64,000 bases of DNA from a bacterium (GCA_043756865.1 JAYUQG010000005.1:40614-104613); one strand, 5' to 3'; counted from the stretch's first letter, positions 46,438-55,031 are shown. Notes: generated from the letters alone by a model not told the origin. Translations and numbers: made by a program.

Positions 46438-46510
46438 TGCCCCCGGCAGGATTCGAACCTGCGACCGTCTCGTTAAGAGCGAGCTGCTCTACCAACTGAG
46501 CTACGAAGGC
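46438..46510 (-). tRNA. tRNA-Lys (anticodon CTT), no encoded CCA
   Basis: Manual fold: acceptor GCCTTCG/CGGGGGC (two G-U pairs), anticodon loop CTCTTAA, T-arm GCAGG-TTCGAAT-CCTGC. Confidence 0.8.
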
Positions 46511-46740
46511 ATATGACAAAAAATACATCAAATGTTGTGTTTTTAGCTAAAAAACAGTTTCATCTGAACTTTGCCATTTTAGCAAAATAGTTAAGAAAAG
46601 CAATGAAATTTGCATTAACAATACACCCGAGAAAAGCAGCAAGTATGGGGATTCCACATAAATTCAGGTACTCTGCTATTATTACTTCGTTATGAAGTGG
46701 CTAGTCTCCGCACACCCACTCGTGCCGATATGTTAACCCA

Positions 46741-47331
46741 ATGTTAAGCAACGATACAAACAAAGAGCGAGACGCTGACCTTGTGGCAAGGGCACTCAAC
46801 GATAAGGATGCTTTTGCGGAAATTATTTCGTCATATGAATTGCCACTACGGCGCTATCTTGTACGACTAGGTTGTAGAGATACACACGATGTTGAGGACT
46901 TACTGCAGGACATATTTCTTAAGGTGTATGTGAATCTCAATGAGTTTGAGCATGATCTCCAGTTTTCGTCATGGATATATCGAATTGCACACAATGAAAC
47001 CATAAGTTTTTTTAGAAAAAAAAACATACGCCCTACCACAGTTACAACCGAAGAAGATTTGCAGCTTTTTACCAATGTTGCTGATGAAGAAGATTTTATA
47101 CAATTACTCAATGACCGTATGAATCTGGAAATATTTCGTACCGCATTGGCGCAGCTTGAGGGTCAGTATCGCGATGTGCTCGTGCTCCGCTTTTTAGAAA
47201 ATAAAAATTATGCTGAAATATCAGATATTCTCAAAATACCAATTGGCACAGTTGGTACGGCCATCAACCGAGGAAAAAAACTATTGCGCGACAGGGTGGT
47301 ATCAAAAATATCCAACTCACGCTTAGTTTAA
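46741..47331 (+). CDS. ECF-type sigma-70 family RNA polymerase sigma factor
   Basis: Region 2 (DIFLKVYVNLNEF...WIYRIAHNE) and region 4 HTH (NYAEISDILKIPIGTVGTAINRG). Confidence 0.75.
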   Translation: MLSNDTNKERDADLVARALNDKDAFAEIISSYELPLRRYLVRLGCRDTHDVEDLLQDIFLKVYVNLNEFEHDLQFSSWIYRIAHNETISFFRKKNIRPTTVTTEEDLQLFTNVADEEDFIQLLNDRMNLEIFRTALAQLEGQYRDVLVLRFLENKNYAEISDILKIPIGTVGTAINRGKKLLRDRVVSKISNSRLV

Positions 47332-47340
47332 TAACATACT

Positions 47341-48045
47341 ATGGAAAATAAACTACAACAGAGAATTGTAAATGAAATCAAGAAGCGTGGCATAGTGCCA
47401 CGCCCGAAATGGCAGTTTTTACTTAAGCGCAGTTTTGGCTGGACGCTTGCAGCAGTGTCACTCATGTTGGGTAGCATTGTTATCGCAACAATGATGTTCA
47501 TTTTTAGCGGTTACGATGAAAGCCTTGCAAAATACTTTAGTGAAAGTATTTATATCGATATCCTTGAGCTGCTTCCGTTCTTTTGGTTCTGCACTCTTGT
47601 TCTTCTTGTTTGGATTAGCAAGTATGCTGTTCGCCAAACAACCTATGGATACCGTTACACAACAGGGCAGATACTGACTGGTATTCTCTCTTCGAGTATT
47701 GTACTAGGAGCATTGTTGTATTCTTTTGGGCTGGGAGAGCGTGTACAGAATTTTCTCGTCCACTCTTCGCCTTATTATGATGCTCTTACATTTACCTCTA
47801 AGGATGCTTGGTCACACCCTGAAAAGGGCTTGCTTGGCGGAGTAATCATTAGCGTCGGTGATTCAGGTGAGATTGAACTACGCGACTTTAGCAATCAAAT
47901 TTGGCAGGTTGATGTGCGGGAAATTGCAGATAAAAAAATTGATTTTCAACTGCAAAAGGGTGTAATGATAAAAATTATTGGCACTCAAGATGCCCCTTTC
48001 TCATTTTACGCAGAAGAGGTATTTTCTTGGAATAACAACATTTGA
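47341..48045 (+). CDS. membrane protein co-transcribed with the ECF sigma factor (candidate anti-sigma factor)
   Basis: 10-nt gap after the sigma gene; 3-4 TM helices plus a C-terminal domain. Confidence 0.4.
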   Translation: MENKLQQRIVNEIKKRGIVPRPKWQFLLKRSFGWTLAAVSLMLGSIVIATMMFIFSGYDESLAKYFSESIYIDILELLPFFWFCTLVLLVWISKYAVRQTTYGYRYTTGQILTGILSSSIVLGALLYSFGLGERVQNFLVHSSPYYDALTFTSKDAWSHPEKGLLGGVIISVGDSGEIELRDFSNQIWQVDVREIADKKIDFQLQKGVMIKIIGTQDAPFSFYAEEVFSWNNNI

Positions 48046-48117
48046 AAGAAAGATACAGAGTGGTGCGTAATAGTAAGTAAGGGGCAAATCCTAACTATTA
48101 ATCAATTTCCCTAACTT

Positions 48118-48447
48118 ATGAAAAAACTATACATTCTCACGCTTGCTGCTCTTGTCTTTTTGGGAGTAGTCGGAGTAGCACAAGCGGTTAACCTATCAAG
48201 TATCACAGAGACACGAGAGACTGAAGATACTATTGCTGGTGACGCACATACAGCGGCATTGCATGCCGCACTCCTCTACACACAAGGTGGGCGTGTCACT
48301 GATACTGAAGTTGATGATGAAGAAAGCTATTATGAAGTCGAGGTAACACTCGACAATGGCGATGAGGTAGACGTGCAACTCAACGAGGAATTTGAAGTAG
48401 TAGGAGACAAGCGAGAAAGTCAAGCAGAGGTAGGCCGACAAAACTAA
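48118..48447 (+). CDS. secreted PepSY-domain protein
   Basis: Signal peptide; PepSY-like beta-hairpin segment YYEVEVTLDNGDEVDVQLNEEFEVV. Confidence 0.5.
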   Translation: MKKLYILTLAALVFLGVVGVAQAVNLSSITETRETEDTIAGDAHTAALHAALLYTQGGRVTDTEVDDEESYYEVEVTLDNGDEVDVQLNEEFEVVGDKRESQAEVGRQN

Positions 48448-48527
48448 CATTCCCACAGTGACTCATTTTTGTGAGTCACTTTACGCTACAAGTGAATTCT
48501 GCTTTAGCAGTTTGGTAGAATTCCCCC

Positions 48528-50597
48528 TTGGAATATAAAATAATCAATATGAAACAACAACATATCATACTCGGTGCTTGTGTGGTGCTTATGGCGATCG
48601 TCGCATTTTATGCAGTAAGCATGGATCAGAACGGTGAAAAGCAAAATATGGACACAACCAAAGGTGGATATATTCCTCAGCCCGACCTTTCACAAACTGA
48701 ACTGAAGGGGCTTCCTGTTGCATCAGTCGAAAAACGCGTTGACCTCAAAGTGCCGATATTTTCTAATCCAACAATTATCACCCATCCGCTTTTCCCAGTG
48801 AATAACCTTTCTCATGCTATCCTACTGGGAAATGACGACGGGAGACCACTGCAAGTCGTTTACACACTGCTTCCTGAAAGTATGAATAAAACCATCGATT
48901 GGAATGGTCAGAAAATTGAGACGCGTACTGTCCAGTACCTTGCTTATTTTGACCGTCGACTTATTGAGTCAGCCTATGATTGGTATGCACAAGCTGATGA
49001 TGGCTCGGTGTGGTACTTCGGCGAAGTGGTGACAAATTATGCAGACGGAAAGGTGACGGATAATCATGGAACGTGGCTGGCCGAAAAGGATGGACCCATC
49101 GCGATGATTATGCCCGCTGATCCAAAGGTGGGTGATGTGTACCGCGTGGAGAATATCCCTGGCGTAGCTTTTGAGGAAGTTGAAGTGAAGTCTATGAACA
49201 CGACAGCCGTTGGACCCCTCGGGGAAGTTCGGGGTTGTATGGTTGGATCACAACTTCATGATAACGGGAGCTATTCGGACAAGACTTTCTGTCCAGGGTA
49301 TGGTGAATTTTTTACTCAAAAAGATCTTGATCTTGAAGCTGTGGCACTAGCACTTCCGGTAGATGCCCTTGCAAAGCAAGCACCTGCTGAGCTTGCGACA
49401 ATGATGTCGAGCGCACTTCTTATTCATGATTCGGCACTCAACAATGACTGGAATGTGGTAGCAAGGGAACTTTCATCTCTCAAGGTGGCATGGAATGCTC
49501 TCCAGAAAAACCCTGATGGAGTTTCAGTGAGACTGGGGGCGCAAATGGAACGCGCCATAGAATCCCTTGAAGGCGATGCGCTAGAGCCGGGGGCCTTAGC
49601 TCGTTATACGATCGGAACACAGAACGGAGCTCTCGATGTAGCTTTTGCCGCACTCGACCTTGAAAGACGTTATCGTGCCACTGCAGAGATTGAATTGGCA
49701 AGTATTACTCTATGGGCTCGGAAAACGATAATAGATGCTAATGCACTCGAGCAAGGTTTTGTTCTTAGTGATGCACGCGCCTTCGAATTCTTAATTGAGC
49801 GTGTTAAGGAGAAATTATCAAAGGGTGATGCTGACCAACTCGAAATACTTGTGAAACAATTAGCAACTGCTGCAGACAAAGAAGACTTCAAAAAAATAAA
49901 GTCCATTGCGAGTCAACTCGCCACACATCAATATCGCGTAATTTCCCAAGGCCAATTATCTGAACAATATGATCCAAAAATAATTCCTGCAGATTTTTCG
50001 ACCCAGATCACCAACAAGTATTTTTCGTTGCCGATCGGAAAGAAGATGGTTTATGAGGCAAGGACAGAAGAAGGGAAGTTGGAAAGAGTCGAGATCAGTA
50101 TACTCAATGAAACAAAAATAATTGAAGGAGTCGCGACGATCATTTATTTAGATAGGGTATATAACGATGGTCAGCTCGTTGAAGAAACCCGAGATTACTT
50201 GGCACAGCACAAGAATGGCGATGTGTGGTACTTCGGTGAAGAAGTGGACAACTATGAGAATGGAAAACTCAAGGATCACCACGGAAGTTTTATTCATGGC
50301 AAGAATGGGGCAAAAGCAGGCATATGGATGAAGGCTAGCCAGAAGGTAGGGGATACATATCGCCAAGAATACTTTAAGGGAGAAGCAGAGGATGTCCGTG
50401 ACACAGTGGTGACCGGTTTGACCGTTGTGACAAAAAAGGCGACGTACGTTGACTGCGTTAAGGTTTATGATTGGACTCCCCTCGACCTCAAATCGCGTGA
50501 ACATAAATACTATTGTAGTGAGGTGGGTGGACTCGTCCTTAATGAGCACCTTGAGACTGGTAAGCGGTCAGAGCTTGTGAGTGTAACGATGCCATAA
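48528..50597 (+). CDS. secreted/membrane-anchored protein with two internal ~150-aa repeats (DGSVWYFGEVVTNYADGKVTDNHG... / NGDVWYFGEEVDNYENGKLKDHHG...)
   Basis: Internal duplication visible in the translation; no family recognised. Confidence 0.5.
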   Translation: MEYKIINMKQQHIILGACVVLMAIVAFYAVSMDQNGEKQNMDTTKGGYIPQPDLSQTELKGLPVASVEKRVDLKVPIFSNPTIITHPLFPVNNLSHAILLGNDDGRPLQVVYTLLPESMNKTIDWNGQKIETRTVQYLAYFDRRLIESAYDWYAQADDGSVWYFGEVVTNYADGKVTDNHGTWLAEKDGPIAMIMPADPKVGDVYRVENIPGVAFEEVEVKSMNTTAVGPLGEVRGCMVGSQLHDNGSYSDKTFCPGYGEFFTQKDLDLEAVALALPVDALAKQAPAELATMMSSALLIHDSALNNDWNVVARELSSLKVAWNALQKNPDGVSVRLGAQMERAIESLEGDALEPGALARYTIGTQNGALDVAFAALDLERRYRATAEIELASITLWARKTIIDANALEQGFVLSDARAFEFLIERVKEKLSKGDADQLEILVKQLATAADKEDFKKIKSIASQLATHQYRVISQGQLSEQYDPKIIPADFSTQITNKYFSLPIGKKMVYEARTEEGKLERVEISILNETKIIEGVATIIYLDRVYNDGQLVEETRDYLAQHKNGDVWYFGEEVDNYENGKLKDHHGSFIHGKNGAKAGIWMKASQKVGDTYRQEYFKGEAEDVRDTVVTGLTVVTKKATYVDCVKVYDWTPLDLKSREHKYYCSEVGGLVLNEHLETGKRSELVSVTMP

Positions 50598-50690
50598 GGA
50601 GCTCGACTCCCGTAAGGAAGCAAAGCAATTTGCTGTTCTCGGAAACATTACACAAAAACTCCTAATGGAGTTTTTGTGCTATCTCCGTTT
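50598..50690. repeat. short copy of the tRNA-linked repeat (GAGCTCGACTCCC box, gcaa-loop hairpin, acacaaaaactcc/ggagtttttgtg hairpin) acting as a terminator for the upstream gene
   Basis: Same blocks as the tRNA-adjacent copies but no tRNA follows. Confidence 0.5.
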
Positions 50691-50835
50691 GGCGTGTTCG
50701 TATTCAGAGAGTAAACTCATTTTTCAACCATCCTTGGTGCGTTGTCTTTTATTTTCACGCTGGCTGTGCTGAATGTCACGGACATCGTTAAGCAACCTCC
50801 TTTCAAAACGTAGTGAGCTGAAAATGGAGGTGCTC

Positions 50836-51504
50836 TTATCCGCCTTCTTTCACGGTTTGTCTGCGTGACACAAGCATAAGTACGAAAGCGAGATTTGCGA
50901 GAACTAAGGAAGCCGGATAGAGCGCGGTTGTCCATGTAAAACTTTCAAGCGCAAACATGGCAACGACGAACTTCAAGCCGGAAAGTGTGTATGTCCAGCC
51001 GTTTTCCGTTTCGGGGCTGAAATATGCTTTACGAAAAGTCGGCGCGAACGCCGCGGCGTCAACAATCGTGATAATGATGACCGACCAGAGTGGATTGCCG
51101 CTGAAGTACCAAATCGGGATAGTGAGCAGTGACGCAATGAAAAATATCCAGTCGCTTTTGGCGATGAGTATTCGAGACGACGCGCCTAATCCGACTAGCG
51201 CGAAGCCGAAACTGCAGAGCGCCGTAACACCCGTCACCCACGCACCCGCGCCTCCGCCATCGGCGATCTGCGCTACGAACGCTATCGCGGTCAAAATACC
51301 CCACACGAACCAACTGAAAGCGTGTGGTTTGACTTTGCCCTGCAAAATCCCGCGTACATAAAATACATACCCAAACAGACCGAGCGCGACAGCGATACCG
51401 CCGAGGATTTCATGCGTTGTAAATACGTCCATGTCAGTAGTATATGCTACTTTTCTTTTCCCTGCGTATGCTATCAGCAACGCCTCCGACTCCAACTTTT
51501 CCAA
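50836..51504 (-). CDS. hypothetical polytopic membrane protein (about 6 TM)
   Basis: Hydrophobicity pattern; start uncertain (51504 or 51432). Confidence 0.4.
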   Translation of the reverse strand: MEKLESEALLIAYAGKRKVAYTTDMDVFTTHEILGGIAVALGLFGYVFYVRGILQGKVKPHAFSWFVWGILTAIAFVAQIADGGGAGAWVTGVTALCSFGFALVGLGASSRILIAKSDWIFFIASLLTIPIWYFSGNPLWSVIIITIVDAAAFAPTFRKAYFSPETENGWTYTLSGLKFVVAMFALESFTWTTALYPASLVLANLAFVLMLVSRRQTVKEGG

Positions 51505-51600
51505 ACTGTGGATTTCTATCGCGACCTGTAAAAACTGCTTATCATTTTTCGTATTAGTATTTTAGCAGTCATCTGTTGCACAAATCAAAACTTCCTTTCC

Positions 51601-52281
51601 ATACATAGCACAAAAACTCCTTCGGGAGTTTTTGTGCTATGTGTTGAGGGCAGGAGGTTCGACCCTTACGGGGTCAGTACCCCTTTCCCATCTTGTCGCA
51701 CTTTCTGAAAAGTACGACAAGATACGGGAGAAGGGCTTCGACTCCCACCACGAAAGCCAATCAGTATGTCGGGGTGGAGTCTCGGCTGCCGCCGCGGGTG
51801 GATTTCGATTTCGGGGTACCACAAGGGCATTTCCATTTTTCTAGAGGAATACCTCTAAGTAAAATTGGTCACTCAATAACGAAATCCCTTTCGACTTCCG
51901 TACGCAGGCAAGCATTTGCCTGCTCCCGGGCACGTCATTCCATGGTCACGAGTTTCTAAATCTTTTGTTGCTGAGACGCACAAAAGCTTAAGAACTCTCG
52001 ACCCCACCTCGCGGTTTCTGAAAAGTCTGGAAGACAACTTTTCAAAAACATTGCTGTGGTTCACAAACGCTAAAACTCTCCCGCAGGGGAGAGTTTCTCG
52101 ACGCGTTTGTGCCCGGGGCGGGAGATTCGACCCTTACAGGGTCAGTACCCCTTTCCCATTTATTCTGGATAAGAATCCTTCATAAATATGGGAGAAGGGC
52201 TTCGACTCCCACCTCGAAAGCCAAGCAGTTGGCTTTCTCCGGCACTTAACACAAAAACTCCCAAAGGAGTTTTTGTGTTAA
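51601..52281. repeat. array of degenerate tRNA-trailer repeat units downstream of tRNA-Leu(TAA): two complete units, each with a pseudo tRNA 3' end
   Basis: Unit order on plus: 18-23-bp A-tract/T-tract hairpin, revcomp tRNA 3' end or degenerate copy (gggcaggaggttcgaccc; gcccggggcgggagattcgaccc), tac-hairpin + CAGTACCCCTTTCCCAT, spacer, ATA(T/C)GGGAGAAGGGCTTCGACTCCC, gaaagccaa-gcag-ttggctttc hairpin. Confidence 0.6.
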
Positions 52282-52362
52282 GTGCCCGGGGCGGGAGTCG
52301 AACCCGCATGCCTTTCGACGGGAGATTTTAAGTCTCCTGTGTATACCATTTCACCACCCGGG
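52282..52362 (-). tRNA. tRNA-Leu (anticodon TAA), long variable arm, no encoded CCA
   Basis: Manual fold: acceptor GCCCGGG/CCCGGGC, anticodon stem-loop AGGAG-ACTTAAA-TCTCC region, T-arm GCGGG-TTCGACT-CCCGC. Confidence 0.8.
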
Positions 52363-52474
52363 CGTGGAATTACTATAATCTTTTTTTGAACGATGAGGAA
52401 GAAGCATGCTTGCACTTCACGGCATCACGCGCTAGCGTAAAGGAAGTAAACCTTGAGTACTGAAAGGAAGTGCT

Positions 52475-52846
52475 ATGTGTCGCCTTTTTATGCTCCCCGT
52501 TCTCTGCTTCGTTTTTTTAACGACTGCATCTGCAGACGGCCTACAATCCGCAGGGTATGTGGGGCATCTAAGCCATAAATCCGAAATTTTTGTACGCGAT
52601 ATTCCCTACACGCATGAGAGAAATCAACACAAGTATCCTGAAGTGACTGCATTTGCTCGACAGTTTGATGAGCAAGGCAGAAGCAAGAGTGTGGAATTCG
52701 CGTTCGCGCGGAGATTCGACCGACCACGTGTGCAGCAATTCGCCCCACTTCCAGTTGATACGGGGAAACTTTCACTCAAAATTGTTCGCGACGGCTACAC
52801 CATCAAGTTTCGACGAAACAGCGTGAGTGTCATTTACGTTTTTTGA
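52475..52846 (+). CDS. hypothetical small secreted protein (signal peptide)
   Basis: Followed by a plus-strand intrinsic terminator (gaacctcc-ttttca-gggggtt + TTTATATT). Confidence 0.4.
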   Translation: MCRLFMLPVLCFVFLTTASADGLQSAGYVGHLSHKSEIFVRDIPYTHERNQHKYPEVTAFARQFDEQGRSKSVEFAFARRFDRPRVQQFAPLPVDTGKLSLKIVRDGYTIKFRRNSVSVIYVF

Positions 52847-52873
52847 ACCTCCTTTTCAGGGGGTTTTATATTG

Positions 52874-52945
52874 AGGCGTAGACCGGAATCGAACCGGTGC
52901 ATGGCAGTTTTGCAGACTGCAGTGTTACCACTTCACCACTACGCC
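52874..52945 (-). tRNA. tRNA-Cys (anticodon GCA), discriminator U, no encoded CCA
   Basis: Manual fold: acceptor GGCGTAG/CTACGCC, anticodon stem-loop GCAGT-CTGCAAA-ACTGC, T-arm ACCGG-TTCGATT-CCGGT. Confidence 0.75.
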
Positions 52946-53109
52946 ATTTGAAAATATTAGCACAAACCTTGGCTCAACTTGAGCACTTAACCGCAAACAC
53001 AATGTGGGAACATGAAGTGTTACTCGAGATCGACCTCGAAGGTATTGCGGAGAGGGCGAGTTGTGCATTGCGTCCGCGGGGGCGGACACTACTTCGAGAA
53101 AGCCAACCA

Positions 53110-53155
53110 TGGCGTCTGGCTTTGCAGACTTGGCTTACCACTTCACCACTACGCC
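53110..53155 (-). pseudogene. partial duplicate of the tRNA-Cys 5' half (acceptor 5' strand, D-arm and CTGCAAA loop) lacking a T-arm
   Basis: GGCGTAGTGGTGAAGTGGTAA is identical to the functional copy 210 nt upstream; the remainder diverges. Confidence 0.5.
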
Positions 53156-53179
53156 ATGTGGGACAATATAACAGCTTTT

Positions 53180-53524
53180 CTACTCCACTTCCAGTTTTTT
53201 TGCCTCTTCGGTCAGCTCATCAATACGTTGACGGTTTTGCTCCCCGATATCTGGAATAAACTTAATAAGGGGGAGAATACGAATGCGACTGTTCTTTTTG
53301 ATGTATTCCTTGAACTCATGAGTCATGCGGTTCGCAAAAATTAGCGCCGCCTTTTGCTTTTCTTCAGGCAGTACCGAAAGCATAATATCGATCCGATGGA
53401 GATCATCCGAAAGCATTACCCGTGTGACGGTTATCAAGGATGTTCTATTGGATTGACGTGAGAGAAAGTCAGCAGCGAGGTCTTTGAGCATAAGCTCCTC
53501 GCGACCATGTTTGAGCTTATTCAT
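53180..53524 (-). CDS. rbfA: ribosome-binding factor A
   Basis: ~114-aa protein immediately downstream of infB with an RbfA-like core (SLITVTRVMLSDDLHRIDIMLSV). Confidence 0.6.
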   Translation of the reverse strand: MNKLKHGREELMLKDLAADFLSRQSNRTSLITVTRVMLSDDLHRIDIMLSVLPEEKQKAALIFANRMTHEFKEYIKKNSRIRILPLIKFIPDIGEQNRQRIDELTEEAKKLEVE

Positions 53525-53525
53525 G

Positions 53526-55031
53526 TTACTGCTTTCTTACGGTGATGTAGGGTATCAAGACATCCCTTTCTGCTAAAGTAAACTTCGATTCAACTTGGAG
53601 TCCGCATTCGTTACCCTCGATAACCTCGTCAACTTTTATCTTTTGTGACTGTAGCTCAGTTATTCTGCCTTCACCGATATACGCATCGCGACGCATGATT
53701 TTGAATCGCGCTCCTGCGGTTATCTTTCCTGCGAGGACTTTGCCACCGATGACCTGCTTTTCTTTTTGCTGACTGAAATAGCGGATGATACGAAATTGAC
53801 CTAATTCCTCTTCCATTTCAATGTGTGGCGCACGCGTAAGCATTTCTGCTTGGAGCCATTCGGTGAGTTTGTAGATGATGTCAAACGTGTGGATGGTTAT
53901 GTTTGAACGTGAGGCTAAATCTTGAGCTAGAGAATCTGCTTTGGTGTGAAATGCCAACACGATAGGGGACGAGGCACCAATTGCAACCTTTATGTCGTTT
54001 TCGGATATAGAACCTACACCCTTTTGAATAAGCTTGAACTTTATACGCTCGTGTTTGAGCTTTTCAAGCTCGTGCTCAATTGCTTCGAGGGTGCCCGCAA
54101 CGTCAGTGCGGAGAATGAGCGGGATAACTACGAAGCCTTCGTATGAGACCGGGGCGGGGGCGTTTTTTGCGCTGCTCTTGTTGTACTCAGCGACAGCGGC
54201 CTCGGCACTTTTCTTGTCGGTAAACGATGAAACCTTTGAACCAACCGCGGGGATTTTGTCCCAACCGGTAATGCGAATTGGGGAAGAAAACGTAGCACCA
54301 TCAACTGCTTTGCCGACAAAATTTTCCACCACGCGAACGGGAGCTAGTGCGCCATCGGCCACGACGAACATGCCTTTGGTGATGGTGCCATCTGTAATAA
54401 CCATAGATGCCGTAGTCCCTTTCTTGGGATCCATGCGTGATTCGATAACGACACCTTCAGCATTCTTTGCAGAGTCTCCAGTGAGTTCACCCATTTCCGC
54501 AAGCAAGAGCATCACGTCGAGCAAGTCTGGTATACCCTGACCGGTTTTAGCTGATATAGCCACCCAAGGCACATCGCCACCGTATCCCTCTACATATATC
54601 TCAGCCTCAGCCAGTGTTTGCTTTGTGCGTTCGATATTAGCGTTCGGCTTGTCGATTTTATTGATAGCTACAATGTATGGCACTGCAGCCTCTTTGATTG
54701 AGCGATGTGCTTCAATAGTCTGTGCCTTTACTCCATCTTCAGCAGAAACTACAAGTACGGCAATGTCGGCAACTTTCGCACCCCTTCCGCGCATGCCTCT
54801 AAACGCTTCATGGCCAGGGGTATCGAGAAAAGTAATGCGTCGCTCCTCTCCCTTGTCGTTCTTGTGAACTGCTTCATATGCGGAAATATGTTGTGTAATG
54901 CCACCAGCCTCAGTTGCAACGACGTTTGTTTTTCTAATATAGTCTAAAAGCGTCGACTTTCCGTGGTCGATGTGTCCCATAATAGCAACGATGGGGGGGC
55001 GCGGAGTGATTTTTTGCGGTTTCGTAGCCAT
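53526..55031 (-). CDS. infB: translation initiation factor IF-2, short form (G domain to C-terminus only)
   Basis: G1 GHIDHGKST; DTPGH; NKID; C-terminal beta-barrels. Confidence 0.9.
   Translation of the reverse strand: MATKPQKITPRPPIVAIMGHIDHGKSTLLDYIRKTNVVATEAGGITQHISAYEAVHKNDKGEERRITFLDTPGHEAFRGMRGRGAKVADIAVLVVSAEDGVKAQTIEAHRSIKEAAVPYIVAINKIDKPNANIERTKQTLAEAEIYVEGYGGDVPWVAISAKTGQGIPDLLDVMLLLAEMGELTGDSAKNAEGVVIESRMDPKKGTTASMVITDGTITKGMFVVADGALAPVRVVENFVGKAVDGATFSSPIRITGWDKIPAVGSKVSSFTDKKSAEAAVAEYNKSSAKNAPAPVSYEGFVVIPLILRTDVAGTLEAIEHELEKLKHERIKFKLIQKGVGSISENDIKVAIGASSPIVLAFHTKADSLAQDLASRSNITIHTFDIIYKLTEWLQAEMLTRAPHIEMEEELGQFRIIRYFSQQKEKQVIGGKVLAGKITAGARFKIMRRDAYIGEGRITELQSQKIKVDEVIEGNECGLQVESKFTLAERDVLIPYITVRKQ

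Noticed and set aside
52897-53344. ORF-track entries 52897..53259 and 53012..53344 between tRNA-Cys and rbfA
   Set aside because: They overlap tRNA-Cys and its half-copy; no RBS, low-complexity translations.
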